IMG/VR virus record: IMGVR_UViG_3300045988_167023
Source: a virus
DNA: 41,261 bases
Strand: one strand, 5' to 3'
Shown here: positions 27,868 to 35,752 of the stretch, in pieces
How the letters are laid out: every line of letters begins with the position of its first letter
Numbering within the stretch: the stretch's first letter is position 1
Made by a program: the position numbers and the translations under genes
Notes under the pieces: model-generated
The model's database searches: none
Told to the model about the DNA's origin: nothing
Seen by the model: only the letters and a program-made list of their open reading frames with translations

Positions 27868-28134
27868 ATGATAAATCAGGAAGAAATAAAATCACAAGAT
27901 GATGTTGTTGTTAATCAGGGCGGCCGTAGTTCAGATGTTCTAGTTGCAACGATTGAAAAATGCGAAAAGCTGGAAATACAAAATAAAATTCTCAAAAAAG
28001 CTTTAATAGAACTACTAGATTATACGGAATTAGATGATTTAGTTGATTACAAAGAAAAAATAAACGAAGCTTTATACGATGCCTCAAGATATGCATCTAT
28101 AGGAGATATAAAAAACGATGAAAAAAGCATATAA
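27868..28134 (+). CDS. Hypothetical protein.
   Basis: 88-aa ORF. Confidence 0.4.
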   Translation: MINQEEIKSQDDVVVNQGGRSSDVLVATIEKCEKLEIQNKILKKALIELLDYTELDDLVDYKEKINEALYDASRYASIGDIKNDEKSI

Positions 28135-28462
28135 TCAATATATAACAGAGGATTTTCTGAAAAGCAGGGAAAACGTTGATAAACCGATACAAAAATGGAT
28201 TCTGTTTTGCCGGTATTTTATGAGTAAAGGTTATAAAATCCGGCTGTATGAGGCCAGAAAAACCGTCAGCAAATACATTACTTTGATTAAGGACGGAAAG
28301 AGCTGCAAAGTTAGATTTTCAAACCATCGGCCTATTCGAGAACGTGAAAAAAATAAAGACTGTGATTTTTTCGTAGGCGTTACGAATTTTCAAGTTATTA
28401 CTGCGCACGATGTCGCTTTGCAGGTTTTAAAGTTTTTCAACGATAATGGAGCTAAAGAATGA
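28118..28462 (+). CDS. Hypothetical protein.
   Basis: 114-aa ORF. Confidence 0.4.
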   Translation: MKKAYNQYITEDFLKSRENVDKPIQKWILFCRYFMSKGYKIRLYEARKTVSKYITLIKDGKSCKVRFSNHRPIREREKNKDCDFFVGVTNFQVITAHDVALQVLKFFNDNGAKE

Positions 28463-28743
28463 GTAACATCTTAAAACTTGTCTTAACCGACCATTGGTTT
28501 GAAGAAATTAAATCAGGCCGCAAGACGCACGAATACCGGATGGCAACGCTTTTTTGGTACAGACGTATTGATTTTTTTAGGGATATTCCTGATTTTGTTG
28601 AGTTTCAGAAAGCGTATCGGAAAAACCCTGAACGTATGACATTTAAGGTGAAAAGTATCACTTACAAACCGACAGGTTTAAAAACCGATTTGAATTGTCA
28701 AAATCCTGTTTTTGATATTAAGCTTGGGGAGCGTGTGAAATGA
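28459..28743 (+). CDS. ASCH-domain protein.
   Basis: N-terminus LKLVLTDHWFEEIKSGRKTHEYR matches the ASCH beta-barrel start. Confidence 0.55.
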   Translation: MSNILKLVLTDHWFEEIKSGRKTHEYRMATLFWYRRIDFFRDIPDFVEFQKAYRKNPERMTFKVKSITYKPTGLKTDLNCQNPVFDIKLGERVK

Positions 28744-28916
28744 TTAGACGGTTGCTTTGCTGGCTTGGATGGCACGAGTGGGTTAGTAGGTGTGATTATC
28801 CATTTTGCAAACTACCAATGTGTGGCGATGTATCGCATTATTGTCCTCAATGTAGAGGATATGAAAAAGAAATTTGCAAACATTGCGGAAAGGAAAGAGA
28901 TGATAACAAGCTTTGA
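28740..28916 (+). CDS. 58-aa Cys-rich double zinc-ribbon protein (not in the supplied track).
   Basis: ATGA overlap with the ASCH stop. Eight cysteines, including CPQC and CKHC. Overlaps the next gene in another frame. Confidence 0.4.
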   Translation: MIRRLLCWLGWHEWVSRCDYPFCKLPMCGDVSHYCPQCRGYEKEICKHCGKERDDNKL

Positions 28917-29187
28917 ACATAACTATAATATCGGCGATACGGTATATTTAATTTTCTTATCAAAAGGAAAATATCGGGTAAGAAAAAAGTCTGGATATAA
29001 AATTGAATATATAAGGTTTAACTTATCGCAAATGCCTATCGGAGAAGAAATAGAAAAATCCGTTTATTACTGGTTTGAGGGCAAAAATCCAAGCGTACAG
29101 ATGACACCAGAATACAATTGTTTTCCAACTCTCGAAGAGGCTGAAAGGCGTTGTAATTTAATGAATGAGAGGTTTTTTAATGACTAA
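28900..29187 (+). CDS. Hypothetical protein.
   Basis: RBS GGAAAGGAAAGAG before the ATG at 28900; the track ORF starts at 28765. Confidence 0.4.
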   Translation: MITSFEHNYNIGDTVYLIFLSKGKYRVRKKSGYKIEYIRFNLSQMPIGEEIEKSVYYWFEGKNPSVQMTPEYNCFPTLEEAERRCNLMNERFFND

Positions 29188-29434
29188 AAAATACGGTTTA
29201 ACAAAACACGAACGAAAGCTTTTAGAAAAAGCTCAATACTACCAATATAAAGCTGAAGAAATGCACAGAAAATTTGCCGATAGTCTGCAAAATAGATTTT
29301 ATAATTCCATTACAATTAACGATTTTGAAGAGTGGGATTTATGGACGTTGAATGAAAGCGGAGATAGTTCGGGAACCGAACAGGAAGCACGTTTTTGGCG
29401 AAAAGTAAGAGATGAAGAGGAAGAAAATAAATGA
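29180..29434 (+). CDS. Hypothetical protein.
   Basis: Start at MTKKYGL. Confidence 0.4.
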   Translation: MTKKYGLTKHERKLLEKAQYYQYKAEEMHRKFADSLQNRFYNSITINDFEEWDLWTLNESGDSSGTEQEARFWRKVRDEEEENK

Positions 29435-29643
29435 GTGTAGAATTGTCTGACATAGCAAAAAATTACGGTTGGGAATCTTGGGGCGAGTATTTTATTTTAA
29501 GCAAAGCACACGGCGAGTTTCATTTAAGTAAAAATGGATTGTTTTTTGTTTGTGCGAGTTGTTCAAGAAATACACCTATCAAAACTATATTAAAGCCTAA
29601 AGATATTAAAGATATTTTGAAAGCATTAGGAGAAAAGCGATGA
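29431..29643 (+). CDS. Hypothetical protein.
   Basis: 70-aa ORF. Confidence 0.4.
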   Translation: MSVELSDIAKNYGWESWGEYFILSKAHGEFHLSKNGLFFVCASCSRNTPIKTILKPKDIKDILKALGEKR

Positions 29644-30056
29644 GTGCAGAGAAACCAGAAGTCGGCGATGTATGGGAAGACTCAAAAGGTATGGTGCATA
29701 TTAGTCGTATATTTACATTATCGGACGACACAAGAGCAATAGTTTTTATCGATAATAACAATAACACAGTACTCGAAGATTCCGCTAGAGAAGAACATTT
29801 TATTAAAATGTTTACTTATAGCGGCAAGAGCAAAGCCAGTGTTAACGATTTGTTTCAAACCGAGCAAGATGTTGCAAATAATGTTGCAAAACCAACTTTG
29901 CAACATCTACAAGCAGAAAACAACCGGCTTAAAACCACCCTGAAAAATCTTAAAAGTTTAATGTTAGATCCTGATTGTGTTCAAGACAGAGGAGATATTT
30001 ATGTAATGGTTCGAGCTATTGACAAAGCCTTAATCGGTGAAAGTGAGGAGAGATGA
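29640..30056 (+). CDS. Hypothetical protein carrying the 36-bp shared DNA motif.
   Basis: 138-aa ORF; contains VANNVAKPTLQH. Confidence 0.45.
   Translation: MSAEKPEVGDVWEDSKGMVHISRIFTLSDDTRAIVFIDNNNNTVLEDSAREEHFIKMFTYSGKSKASVNDLFQTEQDVANNVAKPTLQHLQAENNRLKTTLKNLKSLMLDPDCVQDRGDIYVMVRAIDKALIGESEER
29871..29906 (+). repeat. 36-bp motif gttgcaaataatgttgcaaaaccaactttgcaacat; copy 1 of 2.
   Basis: Near-identical (3 mismatches) to 31027..31062; contains three TTGCAA cores. Confidence 0.85.
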
Positions 30057-30262
30057 CAAGCAACCTGAAAAACATAAATAGCTTCATTCTTAATTCGTAC
30101 ATCGGTACAATCAATAAATTTGTTGGAGAAAAGATAATTAATGACGTTGCGGAAACTAAGGCAGAAGAACTTAATGAGGATACCTTCAAATTTTTTGAGA
30201 AATTAGCTCATAAAATAAATTCATTAAAAGAATGTCAACGTAATTGTGTATTTAGAAAGTGA
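30053..30262 (+). CDS. Hypothetical protein.
   Basis: 69-aa ORF. Confidence 0.4.
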   Translation: MTSNLKNINSFILNSYIGTINKFVGEKIINDVAETKAEELNEDTFKFFEKLAHKINSLKECQRNCVFRK

Positions 30263-30268
30263 GGAAAA

Positions 30269-30634
30269 ATGAACCAGTATAAGTATAAATACTTTTTTCT
30301 CCCGAAAAAGTTTAAGGCTATTGCAGATATACACATAGCATTTACGGAATTTAAAACTTCCGGGAAAATGGTTGTCAGAGAGAAGATTGACTTGGTGAAG
30401 GGGCTTTTTTCTAACGATGGAACTGGAGAACGTACTTTTGTAGAAATGCCCAACGGAGATACAATCTACATTGAAAGAAAATTACTCGTTCCCGTCCCGC
30501 TGTTATTCAACGCCGAGAAAAAATTTCAGGAACAGGTTAAGGCTTGCATCCAGTTGAAAGAAAGGGAAAAGCTGATGACACTTGATAAAATATTCAGTTT
30601 CTTTAAGAAATTCAATTTTTTTGAAGTAAAGTGA
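30269..30634 (+). CDS. Hypothetical protein.
   Basis: 121-aa ORF with RBS GTGAGGAAAAATG. Confidence 0.45.
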   Translation: MNQYKYKYFFLPKKFKAIADIHIAFTEFKTSGKMVVREKIDLVKGLFSNDGTGERTFVEMPNGDTIYIERKLLVPVPLLFNAEKKFQEQVKACIQLKEREKLMTLDKIFSFFKKFNFFEVK

Positions 30635-30640
30635 GGAACA

Positions 30641-30844
30641 ATGAACGATAAAGAAAAAATCAAAAGATACGATTTGCTTGATTGTATCGAGCTTGTAGAA
30701 AAATGCCCGCATTGCGGAAATAATATCATAGTAAGTCTTACAAACTTTAAAACCGTAAGCTTTAAGTTTGGGCTGACTTGGACTTGCCCCGGTTGCCACG
30801 CTGATTTTCATATTAAAAAAATCGAACTTGAGGAACATAAATAA
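30641..30844 (+). CDS. Zinc-ribbon protein (CPHC...CPGC).
   Basis: 67 aa with two CxxC pairs. Confidence 0.45.
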   Translation: MNDKEKIKRYDLLDCIELVEKCPHCGNNIIVSLTNFKTVSFKFGLTWTCPGCHADFHIKKIELEEHK

Positions 30845-31095
30845 TGCAGAACATTTATACTGTTTTGGATAAAATAAGATTTGACGAACGTGTTAATGAA
30901 GAAATACGAATTTTAAAACAATGTGAAAACACAGACAGTTTCAATGCTATTTTATCTGATTTTGTATTCAAAAACTTTTGTTTCGGACTTATTCGGGATT
31001 TTTACGATGAGATTTTGAAAGAAAATGTTGCAAATAATGTTTCAAAACCAAATTCGCAACATTTTTGTAACATTTTTGAAAGGTTGTACAAATGA
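30844..31095 (+). CDS. Hypothetical protein carrying copy 2 of the 36-bp motif.
   Basis: Contains VANNVSKPNSQH. Confidence 0.4.
   Translation: MQNIYTVLDKIRFDERVNEEIRILKQCENTDSFNAILSDFVFKNFCFGLIRDFYDEILKENVANNVSKPNSQHFCNIFERLYK
31027..31062 (+). repeat. 36-bp motif, copy 2 of 2.
   Basis: gttgcaaataatgtttcaaaaccaaattcgcaacat. Confidence 0.85.
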
Positions 31096-31490
31096 AAATG
31101 GAAAAAATAATCGTTGATAAAAAAGGTTTTGTTTTCACCGAAGAACAGCTGAAAGACACTGAATATACGCTTAAAAATGCAAAAGACGGCGACGTTATCA
31201 GTGCGCATTTTTGGAATAAAAAAGAGCAACACGGCGGCGGTTTTTCTTTTCTTTATGTGGACGGTAAAGAGTTTATCGGGGAAAAAGACAGGAGAAAACC
31301 AGAGCAAAGCAAAACATTATTGCAGTTAGTTTCCGAGGGCTATCATCTGCATATACGAGGCCACTGGGGCGACGGTCAAATAATTCCGGGAACTCCGTCA
31401 AAATGTAGGACGTGGTGGAATGATCCAGATAATTTTACTTTGATTGATTTAATGATACTCAATAAATTTTTATTGACAAATCAAAAATAA
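31092..31490 (+). CDS. Hypothetical protein; last gene of the plus-strand early region.
   Basis: 132-aa ORF. Confidence 0.4.
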   Translation: MKMEKIIVDKKGFVFTEEQLKDTEYTLKNAKDGDVISAHFWNKKEQHGGGFSFLYVDGKEFIGEKDRRKPEQSKTLLQLVSEGYHLHIRGHWGDGQIIPGTPSKCRTWWNDPDNFTLIDLMILNKFLLTNQK

Positions 31491-31554
31491 CGTCCATAAT
31501 AATATGCGTATTGTGGACACAGCAATACTCCCTTAAAAAAGGAATTACCTCAAG

Positions 31555-31590
31555 GGCCAACCGCAACGACTTCCGGTTGGCCTTATTTTA
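31555..31590. terminator. Bidirectional rho-independent terminator between convergent operons.
   Basis: Stem ggccaaccg/cggttggcc with a 10-nt loop. T-rich on both sides (ttatttta on plus, cttttttaa on minus). Confidence 0.7.
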
Positions 31591-32040
31591 TCGCTCTTTT
31601 CGATTTTGATTTTGTTTGATTTGCATATAAAATTTTGACCGGCCGTCAGCAGCCAGAACATCGGCTAATCGATTCCCGATAGATAACGGTTGATAGTTAT
31701 TTTGGTGCGCTTTCACTTTTTCAGGAAGAATCCCGCGCCGTCTAATTTGATACGCATAGAATAAACAATGTTTATGATTTATATATTGCTCACGGCTGCG
31801 CGGTTTATCCTTAATTTCGTTTTTTATGTATGATATTGCCGTTTGGCTATCTGTAAAAAATCTGCCTTTTCCCTCGGCTAAAATGCTGCCGATATGAATC
31901 GCGCAAAGTTCAGCCTCGTTAATTGTTCTGCATTTTACCCATAACGATTTTGTATGCCATTTCATACCGTCATAAATTGCTATGCCGATACCTGCAATTT
32001 TATTTTTATCATCGAATGACGCGTCTGTAAAAGTTAACAT
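31588..32040 (-). CDS. RNase H-like nuclease (RNase HI fold).
   Basis: TDAS...GIGIAIYDG, TINEAELCAIHIGSILAEG, TDSQ, KVKAHQNN, NRLADVLA. D-E-D-H-D-type spacing. Confidence 0.6.
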   Translation of the reverse strand: MLTFTDASFDDKNKIAGIGIAIYDGMKWHTKSLWVKCRTINEAELCAIHIGSILAEGKGRFFTDSQTAISYIKNEIKDKPRSREQYINHKHCLFYAYQIRRRGILPEKVKAHQNNYQPLSIGNRLADVLAADGRSKFYMQIKQNQNRKER

Positions 32041-32062
32041 TTTGACCCCTAAAAAAGGCGGG

Positions 32063-32317
32063 TTAATTCCCCGCCGTATTTCGTAAACTATTATATTTTA
32101 AATCATATTCAGACAAGCATGCCGCCATATCAGCCGGTGTTTTAATATGCCGTATGCAATTAATCGGCTCAGGCTCAATAGGAGCAGGACAAACACGAGT
32201 TGCGCAACCGCACAATAACAGCATTGCCGTAAATATCATAATTCCAATTAAAGCCGCTTGTATCTGTTTTAACCGCTGCTTGCAATTCCGCGGCTCTCTG
32301 TTCCAGTTTTTTAACAT
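32063..32317 (-). CDS. o-spanin (outer-membrane lipoprotein, Rz1-like); start uncertain (32239 or 32224 likely).
   Basis: Hydrophobic IMIFTAMLLLCGC with a lipobox-like LCGC, then Pro-rich CPAPIEPEPINC. The first 143 nt overlap the i-spanin gene out of frame. Confidence 0.55.
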   Translation of the reverse strand: MLKNWNREPRNCKQRLKQIQAALIGIMIFTAMLLLCGCATRVCPAPIEPEPINCIRHIKTPADMAACLSEYDLKYNSLRNTAGN

Positions 32318-32507
32318 TTTCGTTTCTCCGGTTTAGTTCAAATGATAAAGATTCGCCCTCTTGGCGCAGTCTTGCATTTTCTGTTTTAAGCGTGTTTTTT
32401 TCGTTTTCTAATGCGTATATTTTATTTTGTGCTAAATTATACCTTATATAATAAAACACTAACGCAGACAAAAGAAAAGCGCCTATAATTTTAACAATAT
32501 TATTCAA
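32175..32507 (-). CDS. i-spanin (Rz-like): N-terminal TM plus periplasmic coiled coil.
   Basis: RBS GGAGG 6 nt before TTG at 32507 (TTGA overlap with the upstream stop). TM IVKIIGAFLLSALVFYYI, then coiled coil ENEKNTLKTENARLRQEGE. Confidence 0.6.
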   Translation of the reverse strand: MNNIVKIIGAFLLSALVFYYIRYNLAQNKIYALENEKNTLKTENARLRQEGESLSFELNRRNENVKKLEQRAAELQAAVKTDTSGFNWNYDIYGNAVIVRLRNSCLSCSY

Positions 32508-33091
32508 TTTAAGCCTCCGAGAGCATAACACGAGGCATAAACAACGCCGCCATAAATAATTTCGGCCCATTTTGTCGGCGAATTAGCCCAAGACGGCAAT
32601 TTTTCAGGCCATAGGTTAGAATTGTATAAATCCCAGCAAAAAAGGTAAATCGGCGCGGCTGCATTGCCTACGAGAAAATAACGCCAATCAAGAAACATCA
32701 ACGGAATCATCGGGCAAGTATAGCGCAAAGTCATATACATAAAGTCGTAGCGGGTTGAATAATAGCCGAAGAAACGTTTTTTTGCCAGCCAGTCGCAAGG
32801 CTTATGATACCAGCGTTGTTCGTAACGCGCTATTGTGGCCTCGTCAGGCTTTCCCCCGTTTCCTAAATCAAAACAACAACCGTGTCCCCGGCTCCAAAAT
32901 TCAAATTGCAGCCATAAGGATATTACAAGAGGCCAAAACCAATTATGCCAATCTGCAACATAAATGTTCAAAAATAAACCTATCATAAATCCGGTTTGTA
33001 AAGCCCTATTGTTTAAAACCGGTATTTTTTCAAGCGCGCCGCCATACCACCGGCGGGAAAACGCTCCCATAAGAAAATAATATAAAATCAT
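32504..33091 (-). CDS. Trp/aromatic-rich polytopic membrane protein of unknown function inside the lysis cassette.
   Basis: RBS GGGGG before the ATG at 33091; the track ORF starts at 33103. About 196 aa with at least 5 hydrophobic segments and no recognisable catalytic motif. Confidence 0.45.
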   Translation of the reverse strand: MILYYFLMGAFSRRWYGGALEKIPVLNNRALQTGFMIGLFLNIYVADWHNWFWPLVISLWLQFEFWSRGHGCCFDLGNGGKPDEATIARYEQRWYHKPCDWLAKKRFFGYYSTRYDFMYMTLRYTCPMIPLMFLDWRYFLVGNAAAPIYLFCWDLYNSNLWPEKLPSWANSPTKWAEIIYGGVVYASCYALGGLN

Positions 33092-33140
33092 ATCTACCCC
33101 CATTTAATTGTTATGAAGAAATTAAAAAACGTCAATAGAT

Positions 33141-33168
33141 AAATTAAAGCCCCCGAAAAATCGGGGGC
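33141..33168 (-). terminator. Hairpin terminator after the lysozyme gene (minus strand).
   Basis: Stem gcccccga/tcgggggc with loop aaaa, followed on the minus strand by TTTAATTTATCTATTGACGTTTTTT. Confidence 0.55.
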
Positions 33169-33214
33169 AGCAGGTCAGATGAAAAGAAAAATTACAGTTA
33201 TAGTCTAGAATGAT

Positions 33215-33706
33215 TTATTTTGCTGTCAAGTCTTTTAAATTTTTAACCCATACGCCCGTTTTAATTAAATGCGCAATACGCTGCGCCCGTGCTGGAACTT
33301 GCTGCGCATAAACCGAATGTAAACACTCATAGGCTGCGCTTTCAAATTTTTTTTGTTTCATAAACGATAGCATTTTTTTAAAGTCATTTAATTTTGTAAA
33401 TCCCAGCTGGTAACACATATCAATTAACGCGTATTTCCGTTCATTATCCAAGTCGTGAAACCACTCCCAGCCGTTCAATAAGTCAATCACCCTTTCAACA
33501 TCATTTCGCAAGAGCATTAACGCTTGATTGCGGGTTATTCCGTGTTTCCAATCTCCGATTGCTCGTAATTCCTCTTGCGTAAACGGGTTTGTATCAATAC
33601 ACCGGCCGATACCGATAGTTAATTTGCCTAAATGGTCATAATACGGCAAAAGGCGGCAGCCCTCGTGAAACTCCAGCCTTTCAATTATCGTTTCCATTTT
33701 TATCAT
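33215..33706 (-). CDS. GH24 (T4-type) lysozyme endolysin with no cell-wall-binding domain.
   Basis: Motif ERLEFHEGCRLLPYYDHLGKLTIGIGR aligns with T4 lysozyme E11/D20/T26. Start at MIKMET (33706) after RBS GGGGGG; the track ORF starts at 33832. Confidence 0.8.
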   Translation of the reverse strand: MIKMETIIERLEFHEGCRLLPYYDHLGKLTIGIGRCIDTNPFTQEELRAIGDWKHGITRNQALMLLRNDVERVIDLLNGWEWFHDLDNERKYALIDMCYQLGFTKLNDFKKMLSFMKQKKFESAAYECLHSVYAQQVPARAQRIAHLIKTGVWVKNLKDLTAK

Positions 33707-33986
33707 CTTTTCCCCCCAGCTTTTTCGCAAAAATCTCTGGAATAACGCTAAGGCAACGGGACAAAACATCATAAACCTTTGTAGATAATACCCCGCATAA
33801 ATAACCACAGCAGGTTGACACTTCCGGATCATAGCCGTAGTGTTTCATCAAAATTGCGGGGACGTAGCAAAATGTTACTCCGAGAATAAACAAGCATAAA
33901 CTTCTTTGAATACTTATATAAACCTCGTTTAACATATTCCACACCCCCGCAACGATACTAGCCACCCACAAAGTAAAATCTTCCAT
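33681..33986 (-). CDS. Holin (2-3 TM, charged C-terminus).
   Basis: RBS GGGAG 9 nt before the ATG at 33986. Hydrophobic segments, then KKLGGKDDKNGNDN. Overlaps the lysozyme start. Confidence 0.55.
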   Translation of the reverse strand: MEDFTLWVASIVAGVWNMLNEVYISIQRSLCLFILGVTFCYVPAILMKHYGYDPEVSTCCGYLCGVLSTKVYDVLSRCLSVIPEIFAKKLGGKDDKNGNDN

Positions 33987-34038
33987 ATCGTAAAGCTCCC
34001 AGCGTCTAACAAAGCATAGGCGCAAACAAAAGCCTTTG

Positions 34039-34494
34039 TCAATAGTGTTTTGCAATATAGGTTTTTTTCGTCGCGTTTTTAGGCGCGTCTACATCGGTCA
34101 GAATATCGCAGGCAAGTTTAACGTATGTATCAACCGGGAAATCCTGTGAATAATGATCAGAATAAACCATATTCAAAACATAAAACCACTCGGCAGGATT
34201 AAAGTCATATCCTTTTTTAGACATTACGTCGCTTGTCTGTGCATAGCTCCAGTGTTCCCCGGTCGTCCCGTCTTTATTCCGCATATTTTTTACGGCATAT
34301 TCGGCTTGTTCCTTGTCCCACGGAATACATTTATTTGATAGCTTGACTTCTGTAATAAACTTTTTTTCAAGCTCCGGCGCAACTTCTTTGACTTTATGGG
34401 TGAACTTATCAATAACATCTGTTAACCGCTCCATATCGTCAATATCGCTTTTTCTGCCGTATTCGTCCATAAGTTCTTTAAATTCACTCATCAC
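34039..34494 (-). CDS. Hypothetical protein (accessory, lysis region).
   Basis: 151-aa ORF. Confidence 0.45.
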   Translation of the reverse strand: MMSEFKELMDEYGRKSDIDDMERLTDVIDKFTHKVKEVAPELEKKFITEVKLSNKCIPWDKEQAEYAVKNMRNKDGTTGEHWSYAQTSDVMSKKGYDFNPAEWFYVLNMVYSDHYSQDFPVDTYVKLACDILTDVDAPKNATKKTYIAKHY

Positions 34495-34711
34495 GCGCCC
34501 CCGTTTCTGATTCCGGCTTATATGCGCCTAGAATATTTTTAACGTCGCAGTCTCCGCTTTTTCGGTCAGAAACTTCCGCTTTTTTAGGCGGCAGCATTTT
34601 AGCTAATTCCTGATCGACAATGACGGAGGCTTTTTTTAAATTTTCAAAACACCATTTCCGAGCTGATTCATTACCCAGAATATAGCCTAAAACTAAATAA
34701 AGCCCCCTCAT
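34484..34711 (-). CDS. Hypothetical protein.
   Basis: 75-aa ORF. Confidence 0.35.
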   Translation of the reverse strand: MRGLYLVLGYILGNESARKWCFENLKKASVIVDQELAKMLPPKKAEVSDRKSGDCDVKNILGAYKPESETGARDE

Positions 34712-34713
34712 CG

Positions 34714-35130
34714 TTAAGCCCTCTTTACTTCAACTGTTGCAGAAGTAGGCGCAGGTGTTGACTGCGTCCCAGACGGGAAAGCAACCGGAAAACAACTCGG
34801 CTTAATGCGGCATAAAATAGACGCGTGAACCGGGTTATTTCCGTACACCATTAAAACAGAGCGAACGCAGCGCAATTGATCGGCGTGGGCATAATTTCCA
34901 GACTGGCAACTTGGTTGAAATACCGGGATTGTAGTAGAACCATTTACCAGATAAACTTGGTTTACTCCTGCGTCAGCCGGAATCTCCTGCGCTAAGCAAA
35001 GACGAAAAACCTGCCCGTTCGTGAGCGTTACGTTTGGAATGGTTATGTTTAACTGCGTACCCGCAACCGTCATTGAGGTTGTTTTAATTTTCAAAACTTC
35101 GCAAGTCATATTCTCTTGTCCTTTCACCAA
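34714..35130 (-). CDS. Cys-containing protein with a loose resemblance to the exosporium BxpB/ExsFA family.
   Basis: N-terminal TCEVLKIK versus BxpB DCEFTKID; later FRLCLAQEIPADAG versus FFLSLGTPANIIPGSG. This is a weak, unverified resemblance. Confidence 0.3.
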   Translation of the reverse strand: MVKGQENMTCEVLKIKTTSMTVAGTQLNITIPNVTLTNGQVFRLCLAQEIPADAGVNQVYLVNGSTTIPVFQPSCQSGNYAHADQLRCVRSVLMVYGNNPVHASILCRIKPSCFPVAFPSGTQSTPAPTSATVEVKRA

Positions 35131-35134
35131 TCAA

Positions 35135-35725
35135 TTAAGCCAAAACGTTTCCGCTGCAGCCGCAACCGCAACCATTCAGGCCGGTAATGCCTAAACCGTT
35201 AATAATTGCAGCGTTCGGGTAAACAGCCCCTACACCGGTAACGTCAGGACGTTTCAACATCTGGCAGGAAATAGCAGCCAGCTGTTTATCAACTTCACCA
35301 AACTTGCGGTCATTATACAGCTGATTTTCCAAAACCAGATTTTTACGCTGTGCCTCGGCCAGCTGATCGCGCAAGCCCTGATATGCGTAGAAATCAATTT
35401 TTTCCGCAATCATACGAGAGTTTGCCGTATCATTTGCGCGGGTGAGGTTTGCCTGTTCTTCAACAAGATACTGCGTGCGCGCCGAGTTTATAATTTCTTG
35501 TTTTTCTGAATTACAAATTGCTTTGTAATCTTCGAACCCAAGTCCATAGCCCGGTACGCCTACGCCGGTGGCGAAACCACTGGCCCAGTTCCCGCCGCAA
35601 TTACCGCAGCCGTTACCAAACCAACCATTGCCGCAGCCGTTACGATTAAACAGAAACGCTACAACAATAAGGAAGAACAAGGCCAAAAAGCCAATGCCGC
35701 CCCAACTATAAGATTCTTTATCCAT
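35135..35725 (-). CDS. Membrane-anchored Gly/Cys-rich protein with a central coiled coil.
   Basis: TM IGFLALFFLIVVAFLF; then NGCGNGWFGNGCGNCGGNW; coiled coil; C-terminus GLNGCGCGCSGNVLA. Confidence 0.45.
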   Translation of the reverse strand: MDKESYSWGGIGFLALFFLIVVAFLFNRNGCGNGWFGNGCGNCGGNWASGFATGVGVPGYGLGFEDYKAICNSEKQEIINSARTQYLVEEQANLTRANDTANSRMIAEKIDFYAYQGLRDQLAEAQRKNLVLENQLYNDRKFGEVDKQLAAISCQMLKRPDVTGVGAVYPNAAIINGLGITGLNGCGCGCSGNVLA

Positions 35726-35752
35726 AATCTTATCCTTTATTAAAGCCCGATA

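Noticed and set aside
28795-28804. TTATCCAtt resembling a DnaA box
   Set aside because: It is a single copy with a mismatch, sits inside coding DNA, and is far from the iteron region.
33707-33832. Long N-terminal extension of the lysozyme ORF (track start 33832)
   Set aside because: It overlaps the holin in another frame and lacks an RBS. An internal start at 33706 with a GGGGGG RBS gives a canonical T4-lysozyme N-terminus.
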